From: Acidobacteriota bacterium
GTDB lineage: Bacteria; Acidobacteriota; Thermoanaerobaculia; UBA5066; Gp7-AA6
DNA: 64,000 nucleotides
Assembly (NCBI GenBank): GCA_027307335.1
Contig: DAHUXD010000039.1
Location: 11,625 to 75,624 of the forward strand
Reading direction: 5' to 3'
Under the pieces are notes generated by a model. It was not told where the DNA came from. It saw only the letters and a program-made list of their open reading frames with translations, and ran no database searches. Position numbers and translations under genes: made by a program. Numbering within the stretch: position 1 is the first letter of the stretch; each line of letters begins with the position of its first letter. Shown piece by piece: positions 44,732 to 53,850 of this stretch.

Positions 44732-46978
44732 ATGCGTCCCGGCACCCTCGCCGCTCTGGCCGTGCTGTGCGCGCCCGTTCTCCTCGGCCAGGAGCAGAAG
44801 CCTCTGCCCGTCCCTCCGACCCTGAATCTGCCGCTCCTCAAGGGCCCGATCACGATCGACGGAGACCTCTCCGATCCGGCCTGGGCCGACGCGCTCGTCA
44901 TCGACACCTTCTACGAGTTCCAGCCCGGCGACGGAACCGTGCCGCCCGTCAAGACGATCGCGCGCGTCGGGCGCGACGACCGGTACCTCTACGCGTCGTT
45001 CTGGTGCGAGGAGCCGGACATGGGCAAGCTCCGCGCGCCGTTCGTCGACCGCGACGGCGTGACCGACCAGATGGACTACGTCGGCATCCTGCTCGACGTG
45101 GACAACGCGCGCCGCTCGGCCGTCGACTTCTGGATCAACCCGCGGGGCATCCAGACCGACTCGATGCTGAACGAGTCCCCCTTTGGCGAGGACACCTCGC
45201 CGGACTGGTTCTGGAACTCGGCCGGGAAGATCGGGACGAACTCGTGGACGGTCGAGGTCGCGATCCCGCTCGCCTCGCTCCGTTACCCGAAGAAGGACCC
45301 CCAGGACTGGGCGTTGATGGTCTACCGGGTCTGGCCGCGCGACTTCAATTACCAGTTCTACAGCGTCCGGATGCCGCGCGGTTCGAACTGCTTCCTCTGC
45401 TGGTCGGCGACCGTGCAGAGCATCGCCGGTCTGCCGCAGGGCATGCACTACGTCCTCGCGCCGTACGCGGCCGGGTTCTCCGACACGACGTATCCGCCCG
45501 ACGGCGTCGTGAACGCCGAACCCGAGACGAAGGACAAGGCCGAGGCCGGCGTGGACCTGAAGTGGCTGCCGGACGCGGGCACCATCGTCGACGCGACCAT
45601 CAACCCCGACTTCTCGCAGGTCGAATCGGACGTCGTGCAGATCGGCGTCAACGAGCGCTTCGCGCTCTTCTACCCGGAGAAGCGGCCGTTCTTCCTCGAG
45701 CAGGTCGATCTGCTGCAGACGCCGATCCAGGCGATCTACACGCGGACGATCACGGATCCTCTCTGGGGGGCGCGCCTGACGAGCCGCGCCGGCTCGACCT
45801 CCTACACGCTGCTCGCGACGGACGACCGCGGCGGCGGCACGGTCGTGATCCCGGGGCCCGTCTTCTCGGACACGGCGCCGCAGGATTTCCAGTCCTGGGT
45901 CGGCATCGGACGCGCGCGCCACGACATCGGCGCCTCGTACGTCGGCGTCGTCGGCACGGCGCGCGTCATCGAGGGCGGCGGCTACAACTACGTCGGCGGC
46001 GCGGACTTCCAGTGGCACCCGAACGACGCCGACCTCGTCTCGGGCCAGTACCTCTACAGCGTCTCCCGCGAGCCCGACAAGCCGAACCTCTATCCGGGAT
46101 GGACGGGTCAGGCTCTCGCGGGCTTCGGCTTGACGACGCAGTGGTCGCACAGCGACTACCACTGGGACTGGCTCCTGCAGTACGACGACTTCGCGGACGG
46201 CTTCCGCGCCGACGACGGCTTCGTGCCCCAGGTCGGCTACGAGCAGGGGACGTGGAACGGCGGATATCGCGTCTATCCGACCGGCTTCTTCTCGCGGCTG
46301 CGCGTGGGGACCGGCGGCAACTACTCGGTCGACCGCGGCGGCGCGCTCATCTCACGGAAGGCTTTCCCGTCGATCACCTTCCAGGCGATGGGCGGATGGA
46401 AGACCGAGTTCGACTACAACCTCGAGGCGGTCTCGATCGGCGGCCGGGAGCTCGACTACGACCGCTTCGTCTGGACGATGACGGCGTCGCCGTCGGCGTT
46501 CCTGCCGGTCGTCGGGCTCTCCGGCAACTACGGCGAGCAGCCGGACGTCGAGAACGTGCGCGTCGGGAAGGGCGGCGACGTGCTGCTGACCGCGCTGATC
46601 CGCCCGACCGACCACCTCGGGCTCGACCTGCGTCTCGAGCGCCGCTGGATCGACGAGACGGTCGGCGGGCTCGCGGGCAACCTCTTCACCGCGGACGTCG
46701 CGCGGCTGAAGGCCGTGTACGTCTTCAACGCGCGCATGCTCGTGCGCCTGATCGGCCAGTACCAGGACGTGCGCCGCGATCCGGCGCTCTGGATCCAGCC
46801 GGCCCTCGAGAAGGAGGGCGCGTTCGCCGGGTCGGTCCTCTTCTCGTACAAGCTCAACTGGCAGAGCGTCGTCTTCGCCGGCTACGGCGACGCGCGCGCC
46901 CTCGACGAGACCGGAACGCTGCTCCTGCCGACGGGGCGGCAGTTCTTCGTCAAGGTCTCGTACGCGTTCCAGCGCTGA
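44732..46978 (+). CDS. large secreted/outer-membrane protein (DUF5916/CBM9-like family candidate)
   Basis: A signal peptide (MRPGTLAALAVLCAPVLLG), 748 aa, and beta-rich Gly/aromatic-rich repeats. The family assignment is from memory. Confidence 0.6.
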   Translation: MRPGTLAALAVLCAPVLLGQEQKPLPVPPTLNLPLLKGPITIDGDLSDPAWADALVIDTFYEFQPGDGTVPPVKTIARVGRDDRYLYASFWCEEPDMGKLRAPFVDRDGVTDQMDYVGILLDVDNARRSAVDFWINPRGIQTDSMLNESPFGEDTSPDWFWNSAGKIGTNSWTVEVAIPLASLRYPKKDPQDWALMVYRVWPRDFNYQFYSVRMPRGSNCFLCWSATVQSIAGLPQGMHYVLAPYAAGFSDTTYPPDGVVNAEPETKDKAEAGVDLKWLPDAGTIVDATINPDFSQVESDVVQIGVNERFALFYPEKRPFFLEQVDLLQTPIQAIYTRTITDPLWGARLTSRAGSTSYTLLATDDRGGGTVVIPGPVFSDTAPQDFQSWVGIGRARHDIGASYVGVVGTARVIEGGGYNYVGGADFQWHPNDADLVSGQYLYSVSREPDKPNLYPGWTGQALAGFGLTTQWSHSDYHWDWLLQYDDFADGFRADDGFVPQVGYEQGTWNGGYRVYPTGFFSRLRVGTGGNYSVDRGGALISRKAFPSITFQAMGGWKTEFDYNLEAVSIGGRELDYDRFVWTMTASPSAFLPVVGLSGNYGEQPDVENVRVGKGGDVLLTALIRPTDHLGLDLRLERRWIDETVGGLAGNLFTADVARLKAVYVFNARMLVRLIGQYQDVRRDPALWIQPALEKEGAFAGSVLFSYKLNWQSVVFAGYGDARALDETGTLLLPTGRQFFVKVSYAFQR

Positions 46979-47056
46979 CGGAAGACCGCCTCCCCCCAGC
47001 CCTCTCTCCCTGAAGGGGGAGCGGGGGTTTGAAAGGACGCGTCCTCCAATGAAAAC

Positions 47057-47098
47057 TCTCTCCCCCCAGCGGGGGGAGAGGGGAGGGTGAGGGGGGAG
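47057..47098. repeat. G-rich hairpin element, copy C
   Basis: CTCTCCCCCC-AGC-GGGGGGAGAG is a perfect 10-bp stem, followed by GGGAGGGTGAGGGGGGAG, related to copies A and B. A second imperfect G/C hairpin lies at 46988-47027. Confidence 0.45.
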
Positions 47099-47137
47099 AA
47101 GGAACTTTCGCGTTGGCGCGGTTTCCCTCCTGACAGA

Positions 47138-50100
47138 ATGCCGACCGTGCTCTCCGTCTCGCAGCGGCTTCGGATCGCCGTCCTCGTGTCGGCGCTCGCG
47201 GGAATCGCGGCGCTCCCCGCCGCGCCGAAGCCCGCTCCGGCCGCAGCGCCCACGTGGGCCGAGGTGGATCGGCTCGTCAAGGACCAGAAGCTCCAGGAGG
47301 CGTCGGGTCTCGTCGACCGCCTCCTCGAATCGGCGAGGGAGCGCCACGACGAGGCCGGCTGGACGAAGGCGCTCGTCCGGGCCGTGCAGCTCCGCATCGG
47401 GCTCGGGAACTACGAGACCGCCGTCCGATTCCTGAAGGAGCAGCCCTGGCCGCCGGGGCTCCTGTCGCAGACGACGCTCGACCTGTTCTATGCGCAGGCG
47501 CTCGTCCAGTACGAGCGCGTCTACTCGTGGGAGATCGCGCAGCGCGAGTCGGTCGTGATCGAAGGCGATCTCGACCTGAAGCTCAAGACCCGCGACCAGC
47601 TCTACGAGGAGGCCCAGGGGGCCTACGCCCGCGTCTGGGCCCGTCGCGCCGAGCTCGGCGCGCTTCCCGTCGGCGTCCTCGCGGAGTACGTGGAACCGAA
47701 CGATTACCCGAAGGACGTCCGCGGCACGCTGCGCGACGCGGTCTCGTATCTCTATGCGGAGCTCCTCGCGGATTCGGCGCTCTGGAAACCGAACCAGGGG
47801 AGCGAGGTCTACCGGCTCGACCTCGCCGCCCTGCTCTCCGAGGACGGGGCCGCGGCGTCCCCGGCGCTCGCGGACCGGAACGCGCACCCGATTTCGAAGC
47901 TCGTCGCCGTTCTCGCCGATCTCGAGTCCTGGCACGCCGGCCGCGGGGATCGTCCGGCGGAGCTCGAGGCGCGGCTCGAGCGCGACCGCCGGCTGCATGC
48001 GGCGTATCCGACCCCCGAGGACCGCGAGCGCATCCGGAAGGACCTCGAGGCGAGACTGACGAAGTACCGGCAGATTCCGTGGTGGTCGATGGGCATGGCG
48101 CGGCTCGCCGAGCTCTGGCAGGCGGAGGACGAGCCGGACAACCTCGTCCACGCGCACGGTTCGGCGCTCGAGGGCGCGCGCGCCTTTCCGGAATCGCCGG
48201 GCGGCGGTCTCTGCGCGCGGATCCTCGACGCGATCGACGCGCCCGACTACCAGCTGACCGCGATGTCCTCGGACGCTCCCGATCGCCGCTCGATCGAAAT
48301 CGTCCACAGGAACCTCCCGCGGCTGTTCTTCCGGATCTACGCCGCGGACCTCGACCGGCGCATCGGCGAGCCGCGCTTCGACCTCAACCCGTCGGCCGAG
48401 GAGGTCCGCGCGCTGGTGCGCTCGGGGCGGCCGGCGTCGGCGTGGACCGAGGGTCTCCCGGCGACGCCGGACTACAAGAACCACCGGACGTTCGTGACGC
48501 CGAAGGCCGGCCGCGGGCTGTGGATCGTCGTCGCCTCGGCCCGCGCCGATTTCGCCGAGAGGGAGAACCGAGTGGTCTCGGTCGCGGTGCTCCTCGGCGA
48601 TCTCGTGATGCTGACCGACGCGGAGACCTCACACGTCGACACTCGCGTGGTCGACGGCTCGGGCGCGGCCGCCTCCGGGGCCGAGGTCACGCTGTACGCC
48701 TTCGACTGGCAGTCGGGGCGCTCGGCGCGCGTCGCCGCGGTCGTGACGGGCGCGGACGGGCTGGCGCGCTTCGACGGGGACCGCTCGGCCGATCGGCGCG
48801 CGCTTTTTCTCGTCGCACGGCGCCTCGGCGACGCCGCCGTGGACCGCAGCGCCTTCTCGCTCACGGCGCGGCCGCCCGCGGCGGAGACGGCCGCCGCGCT
48901 GGTGTACACCGACCGCGCCATCTACCGTCCGCTGCAGACCGTGAAGTGGAAGGTCGTGGCCTACGGCGGCCGCGCGGATCTCGGGCGGTTCCGCGTCTCG
49001 CCGCGGACACCCGTGACCGTCCGGCTGCGCGACCGCAACAACGAGGTCGTCGAGACGGCGACCGCGTTCACCGACGACTACGGCGCGGCGGCCGGCGAGT
49101 TCCGCATTCCCGCGGGGCGCGTGCTCGGCAGCTGGTCCGTCGAGTGCGATCCGAGGGGCTCGGCCGGAATCCAGATCGAGGAATACAAGCGGCCGACCTT
49201 CGAGGTGAAGTGGGAAGCGCCGAACGAGCCGCCGCGTCTCAACCGGCCGGCGGTCCTTCGCGGATCCGCGCGCTACTACTTCGGCCTGCCGGTCTCGGCC
49301 GGAAAGGTCCGCTGGCAGGTCTGGCGCCGCCCGGAGTTCCCGTGGTGGTGGCAGTGGCGCCACCCGTGGGTCGGCCGGGATGGCGGCGGAATCGTCGCGC
49401 AGGGCGAGGCGCCGCTGAAACCGGACGGCACGTTCGAAGCCGCCTTCACGCCGGCGGCCGACGAGCGCGCCGCGGACGCGAAGGAGCTCTCGTACCAGTT
49501 CCGCGCGACCGCGGACGTCACCGACGAGGGCGGAGAGACCCGCTCGGATGCGCGAGCGTTCACGCTCGGCTTCGTCGCGGTGAGCGCCTCGCTCTCGCTC
49601 GAGAGCGGCTTCTTCCGCGCGGGCCGGCCGGGAGTCGTGACGGTTGTGCGAACGGACCTCGACGGCGCGCCGCGGCCGGGCGTGGGAACGTGGCGCCTCG
49701 TTTCGCTCGCGGGTCCCGACCGCGCGCTCCGGCCTTCCGAGGTGCCGGCGCCGCCGCACTTCGACGACACGGTCACGACGCCGGGGGACCGGCTGCGTCC
49801 CCGCTGGGCGACCGCGGAGTCGCTGAGGGTGACGCTCCAGGGCTGGAAGGACGGGCCCGAGAGAGACCGGGGGAGCGTCACGCACGACGCTCAGGGGCGC
49901 GGGCGCATCGACCTCCCGGCCCTTCCCGCGGGCGCCTGGCGCCTGCGGTACGAGACTCGGGACGAATCGGGCGGCGTCTGCGCGCGCGAGGAGGACTTTC
50001 TGGTCGCCGGCGCGACGACGCCGGTGCCGGTCGCGGCGGTGCTGCTCGTCGAGCGAGAGTCCGTCGAGGTGGGGGGCGTCGCCCGCGTCCTCGCCTTCGC

Positions 50101-53100
50101 GGGACTCCCGGGCCAGCCGTGGGTGCTCGAACGCCTCCGGTCGGGCGAAGTCGTCTCGCGCGAGACGCTGTCGGGAGACGCAAAGAGCGTGTTCGAGATT
50201 CCGATCCGCGAGGAGGATCGCGGCGGCTTCGCGCTCCGCCTCTCGCTCGTCTCGGACCACCAGGTGATCACCGAGAGCGCGTCCATCCTCGTCCCGTGGA
50301 CGGACCGGGAGCTCTCGGTGTCGTTCGCCACGTTTCGCGACCGGATCCGGCCCGGCGCTCGGGAGACGTGGCGCGTCACGGTCAAGGCGCCCGCGGGCGC
50401 CGCCGGGGAGGAACGGACCGCGCAGCTCCTGGCTTACATGGTCGACCGCAGCCTCGACGCGTTCGGCGGTTACTACCCGCCGAACCCCCTCTCGCTCTAT
50501 CCGAATCACGCGAACGCGGGATATCTGCGATCGAGCGTCAGCGCCGCGGGCGCCGCCTGGGTCTTCGACAACGCCTTCGGCGCGCGAGGCGCACCCGTGC
50601 TCCTCCATGGCGATCGTCCGAAGTTTCTCGAGGGCTATGGGATCGGGGGCCCGGGCGTGCGGATGTTCGCGCAGCGGGCGATGGCGAAGTCCGAGGCGGG
50701 CGCGGCGAACGCCGCCGTGGATGCGATGAAGGAAGGCGTCGAGGGCGGCCTCGCCGGTGCGCCCGCGCCGGCCTCCGAGCCGGCGCCGGGGAGGGGAGCG
50801 GTCGCGACCGGCGAGGCGCCGCCGTCGCCCGTCCTCCGCAGCGACTTCTCCGAGACCGCGTTCTGGAAGCCGCAGCTGCTGACCGACGCGGACGGCTCCG
50901 CCGTCATCGAGTTCCAGGTGCCCGACTCGGTGACGTCGTGGAACGTCTGGGTCCACGCGATCACCAGGGACATCAAGGCCGGTTCGGTCCACCGCGAGAC
51001 GCGAAGCGTGAAGGACCTGATGGTCCGCCCCTACGTGCCGCGCTTCCTGCGCGAGGACGACCGCGGCGAACTGAAGGTCGTCGTGAACAACGCGTCCGAG
51101 CGGCCCATGAGCGGCACCGTGGCGCTCGACATCCTCGACGCGGAGACGAACCGGAGCGTCCTCGCCGATTTCGGGCTCGCTCCCGACGCCGCCTCCCGCG
51201 CCTTCGCCGCGGCCGCCGGAGGGTCCGCCGACGCCACCTTCACGCTCGCCGCGCCGAAGCGCGTCGGGGCGTATGCGATCCAGGCGACGGCGGTCTCCGG
51301 AGACTTCTCGGACGGGGAATTGCGGCCGGTTCCCGTCCTGCCCGGACGGATGCAGCTTTCGCAGTCGCGCTTCGCGGCCCTGCGGGGCGGCGACACGCGC
51401 ACGCTCTCCTTCGCCGACATGGCGAAGACGGACGACCCGAGCCGGGTGAACGAGCAGCTCGCCGTGACGGTCGACGCGCAGCTGTTCTATTCGGTGCTGA
51501 ATGCGCTTCCCTATCTGGTGAACTATCCGTACGAGTGCGTCGAGCAGACGCTCAACCGCTTCGTCTCGACGGGCATCGTCTCGTCGCTGTTCCGGCAGTA
51601 CCCCGCTGTCGAGAGAATGGCTCAGGACCTCGCGAAGCGCGACACGCCGCTCGAGGCGTGGGCGGCGCCGGATCCGACCCGACGCATGGCGCTCGAGGAG
51701 ACGCCGTGGCTCGAGGAGGCGAAAGGCGGGAAGGGCGCCGGCTCCGGGCTCGTGAAGGTGCTCGATCCGCGCGCGGCGGGGGCCGAGCGCGAGGCGGCCC
51801 TCGCGAAGCTGCGCCGGGCCCAGACCGCGTCGGGGGCCTTCCCGTGGTGGTCCGGCGGGCCGCCGTCGCCCTACATGACGCTGTACGTGATGTACGGCTT
51901 CGCCAAGGCGGCGGAATTCGGCGTCGACGTGCCGAGAGACGTGGTCGCGCGCGGCTGGGCCTACCTCGCCGCGCACTATCGCGGCGAGTACGAGAAGCGC
52001 ATGGCCGCGGACCGCTGCTCGCCGGAGTGGCTGACCTTCCTCGCGTACGTCGCGACGTGCTACCCCGATCCGTCCTGGATGGGCGACGCGCTGACGCGCG
52101 CGGAGCGGGAAGCGATCCTCGCGTTCTCCTTCCGGCACTGGCGGGAGCAGTCGCCGTACCTGAAGGGGATGCTCGCGCTCGCCCTGAAGCGGTCGGGACG
52201 CGGCGACGACGCGCGGCGCGTCTGGGCGAGCATCATGGACTCGTCGAAGACCGACGCCGACCTCGGCACGTACTGGGCGCCGGAGGACCGGGCGTGGCTC
52301 TGGTACGAGGACACGATCGAGACGCAGGCGTTCGCGCTGCGTGCGCTGATGGAGATCTCCCCGACGGATCCGCGCCGGCACGGCCTCGTGCAGTGGCTCT
52401 TCCTGAACAAGAAGCTCAACCAGTGGAAGTCGACGCGGGCGACGGCGGAGGCCCTGTACGCGCTCGTCGCGTACCTGAAGAAGGAGGGCGTGCTGGCGGC
52501 GCGCGAGTCGGTCGCGGTCGCGCTCGCGGGACAGAAGACGGTCTTCGACTTCGAGCCGGATCGGTACACCGGGAGTCGGGACCAGGTCGTCGTGCCGGGG
52601 GAGCGGATCGATCCGAAGCGTGACGCCGACGTGGTGGTGTCGAAGACGGGGACGGGGCTCGCGTTCGCGTCGGCGACCTGGAGCTTCTCGACCGATCGGC
52701 TTCCCGCGGAGGAGCGCGGCGACCTCTTCGCCGTGTCGCGGCGATACTACCGGCACGAGCCCACGCCGTCGGGCGTCGAGCTCCGGCCGCTCGCCGAGGG
52801 GGCGGCGCTTTCGACGGGCGACGAGGTCGAGGTGCAGCTGTCCATCCGCGCGAAGCACGCGGCCGAGTACGTCCACCTGCGCGATCCGCGCGCGGCGGGG
52901 CTCGAGCCGGGCGTCGCGACGTCCGGCTACCGCTGGGACCTCGGCCTCGTCCGCTACGAGGAGATCCGCGACTCGGGCACGAATTTCTTCTTCGAGTGGC
53001 TGCCGGCGGGGGAGTACACGCTGAAGTACCGCGTGCGGGCGAACATGGGCGGCACCTTCCGGGTCGGACCGGCGACGCTCCAGTCGATGTACGCGCCGGA

Positions 53101-53143
53101 GTTCTCGGCCTACTCGGCGGGAACGGTGATTACGGTCCGGTAG
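47138..53143 (+). CDS. alpha-2-macroglobulin family protein (thioester-containing, 2001 aa)
   Basis: A signal peptide (MPTVLSVSQRLRIAVLVSALAGIAALPA), repeated MG-like beta domains, the thioester motif YECVEQT, and an alpha-helical A2M/TED region. Confidence 0.85.
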   Translation: MPTVLSVSQRLRIAVLVSALAGIAALPAAPKPAPAAAPTWAEVDRLVKDQKLQEASGLVDRLLESARERHDEAGWTKALVRAVQLRIGLGNYETAVRFLKEQPWPPGLLSQTTLDLFYAQALVQYERVYSWEIAQRESVVIEGDLDLKLKTRDQLYEEAQGAYARVWARRAELGALPVGVLAEYVEPNDYPKDVRGTLRDAVSYLYAELLADSALWKPNQGSEVYRLDLAALLSEDGAAASPALADRNAHPISKLVAVLADLESWHAGRGDRPAELEARLERDRRLHAAYPTPEDRERIRKDLEARLTKYRQIPWWSMGMARLAELWQAEDEPDNLVHAHGSALEGARAFPESPGGGLCARILDAIDAPDYQLTAMSSDAPDRRSIEIVHRNLPRLFFRIYAADLDRRIGEPRFDLNPSAEEVRALVRSGRPASAWTEGLPATPDYKNHRTFVTPKAGRGLWIVVASARADFAERENRVVSVAVLLGDLVMLTDAETSHVDTRVVDGSGAAASGAEVTLYAFDWQSGRSARVAAVVTGADGLARFDGDRSADRRALFLVARRLGDAAVDRSAFSLTARPPAAETAAALVYTDRAIYRPLQTVKWKVVAYGGRADLGRFRVSPRTPVTVRLRDRNNEVVETATAFTDDYGAAAGEFRIPAGRVLGSWSVECDPRGSAGIQIEEYKRPTFEVKWEAPNEPPRLNRPAVLRGSARYYFGLPVSAGKVRWQVWRRPEFPWWWQWRHPWVGRDGGGIVAQGEAPLKPDGTFEAAFTPAADERAADAKELSYQFRATADVTDEGGETRSDARAFTLGFVAVSASLSLESGFFRAGRPGVVTVVRTDLDGAPRPGVGTWRLVSLAGPDRALRPSEVPAPPHFDDTVTTPGDRLRPRWATAESLRVTLQGWKDGPERDRGSVTHDAQGRGRIDLPALPAGAWRLRYETRDESGGVCAREEDFLVAGATTPVPVAAVLLVERESVEVGGVARVLAFAGLPGQPWVLERLRSGEVVSRETLSGDAKSVFEIPIREEDRGGFALRLSLVSDHQVITESASILVPWTDRELSVSFATFRDRIRPGARETWRVTVKAPAGAAGEERTAQLLAYMVDRSLDAFGGYYPPNPLSLYPNHANAGYLRSSVSAAGAAWVFDNAFGARGAPVLLHGDRPKFLEGYGIGGPGVRMFAQRAMAKSEAGAANAAVDAMKEGVEGGLAGAPAPASEPAPGRGAVATGEAPPSPVLRSDFSETAFWKPQLLTDADGSAVIEFQVPDSVTSWNVWVHAITRDIKAGSVHRETRSVKDLMVRPYVPRFLREDDRGELKVVVNNASERPMSGTVALDILDAETNRSVLADFGLAPDAASRAFAAAAGGSADATFTLAAPKRVGAYAIQATAVSGDFSDGELRPVPVLPGRMQLSQSRFAALRGGDTRTLSFADMAKTDDPSRVNEQLAVTVDAQLFYSVLNALPYLVNYPYECVEQTLNRFVSTGIVSSLFRQYPAVERMAQDLAKRDTPLEAWAAPDPTRRMALEETPWLEEAKGGKGAGSGLVKVLDPRAAGAEREAALAKLRRAQTASGAFPWWSGGPPSPYMTLYVMYGFAKAAEFGVDVPRDVVARGWAYLAAHYRGEYEKRMAADRCSPEWLTFLAYVATCYPDPSWMGDALTRAEREAILAFSFRHWREQSPYLKGMLALALKRSGRGDDARRVWASIMDSSKTDADLGTYWAPEDRAWLWYEDTIETQAFALRALMEISPTDPRRHGLVQWLFLNKKLNQWKSTRATAEALYALVAYLKKEGVLAARESVAVALAGQKTVFDFEPDRYTGSRDQVVVPGERIDPKRDADVVVSKTGTGLAFASATWSFSTDRLPAEERGDLFAVSRRYYRHEPTPSGVELRPLAEGAALSTGDEVEVQLSIRAKHAAEYVHLRDPRAAGLEPGVATSGYRWDLGLVRYEEIRDSGTNFFFEWLPAGEYTLKYRVRANMGGTFRVGPATLQSMYAPEFSAYSAGTVITVR

Positions 53144-53191
53144 GGGCGGCCCTCGTGGCCGCCCGCGGGCGGGGACGAGCGCCGCCCCTAC
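53140..53191. repeat. REP-like double-hairpin element, copy 2
   Basis: GTAGGGG-hairpin-GCG-hairpin-CCCCTAC. The TAG at 53141-53143 is the A2M stop. The CTA at 53188-53190 is the stop of the convergent YceI gene. Confidence 0.65.
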
Positions 53192-53787
53192 CGCTTTGAA
53201 GGCACCCGCGTCGCCAGCAGACTGATGTCCACGGTGACCGTGTTGCCCGCGACCTTCGCCTCGGGATTGCCCGTCCACGCCATGCCGAACTCGCGCCGAT
53301 CGAACGCGAGCGTCGCGTGGATGCCGAGGCGGTCGTCCGGGTGCGGGCCGTCGAAGCGGCCGCGGATCTCGAAGGGAAGAGTGATCTCCTTCGTCACGCC
53401 ATGGACCGCCAGAGGTCCGACCGCTTCCCACCGCCCCTTGACCTTGCGGATGCGCCGGCTCTCGAAGCGGATCTCCGGGTACTTCTGGGCGTCCAGGAAC
53501 GCCGGGGCCCGCAGCCGCGCGTCCCAGGATTCGCTCCCGGTCGCGATGCTCGAGGTCTCGATGACCGCGACGACCTTCGCCTGCGAGAGGTCCCGCGCCT
53601 TGCCGGCCGACATCTTCACGTCGTAGCGCATGAACTTCCCGGTGATCTTCGAGACACCGAGCACGGGCACGGAGAACTGCACGTTCGAGTGCTCGACGTC
53701 CAGCGTGTAGTCGGCGGCGCGCAGCACGGTCGAGAGCAGGAGAAAAAGGGCCGCGGCGGCGCCGGCGCGACGAAACGTGGTTCGCAT
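53188..53787 (-). CDS. YceI-family periplasmic protein
   Basis: A signal peptide is followed by YTLDVEHSNVQFSVPVLGVSKITGKF and a YceI-like beta-barrel pattern. Confidence 0.8.
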   Translation of the reverse strand: MRTTFRRAGAAAALFLLLSTVLRAADYTLDVEHSNVQFSVPVLGVSKITGKFMRYDVKMSAGKARDLSQAKVVAVIETSSIATGSESWDARLRAPAFLDAQKYPEIRFESRRIRKVKGRWEAVGPLAVHGVTKEITLPFEIRGRFDGPHPDDRLGIHATLAFDRREFGMAWTGNPEAKVAGNTVTVDISLLATRVPSKR

Positions 53788-53850
53788 GGTGTGCTCGGCC
53801 GATCTTATCCGGGCGCGAAGATAGAATCCCCCCGCTCTTTCGGAGGAACA
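53788..53850. promoter_or_regulatory. divergent promoter region between yceI-like and M1 peptidase genes
   Basis: AT-richer, with a TAGAAT -10-like hexamer and GGAGGA before the M1 peptidase ATG. Confidence 0.25.

Noticed and set aside
44517-44907. Small minus-strand ORFs containing CHPERSEGS-like peptide text
   Set aside because: They are translations of the GTCATCCCGAG...GGGATCC repeat element, not genes.
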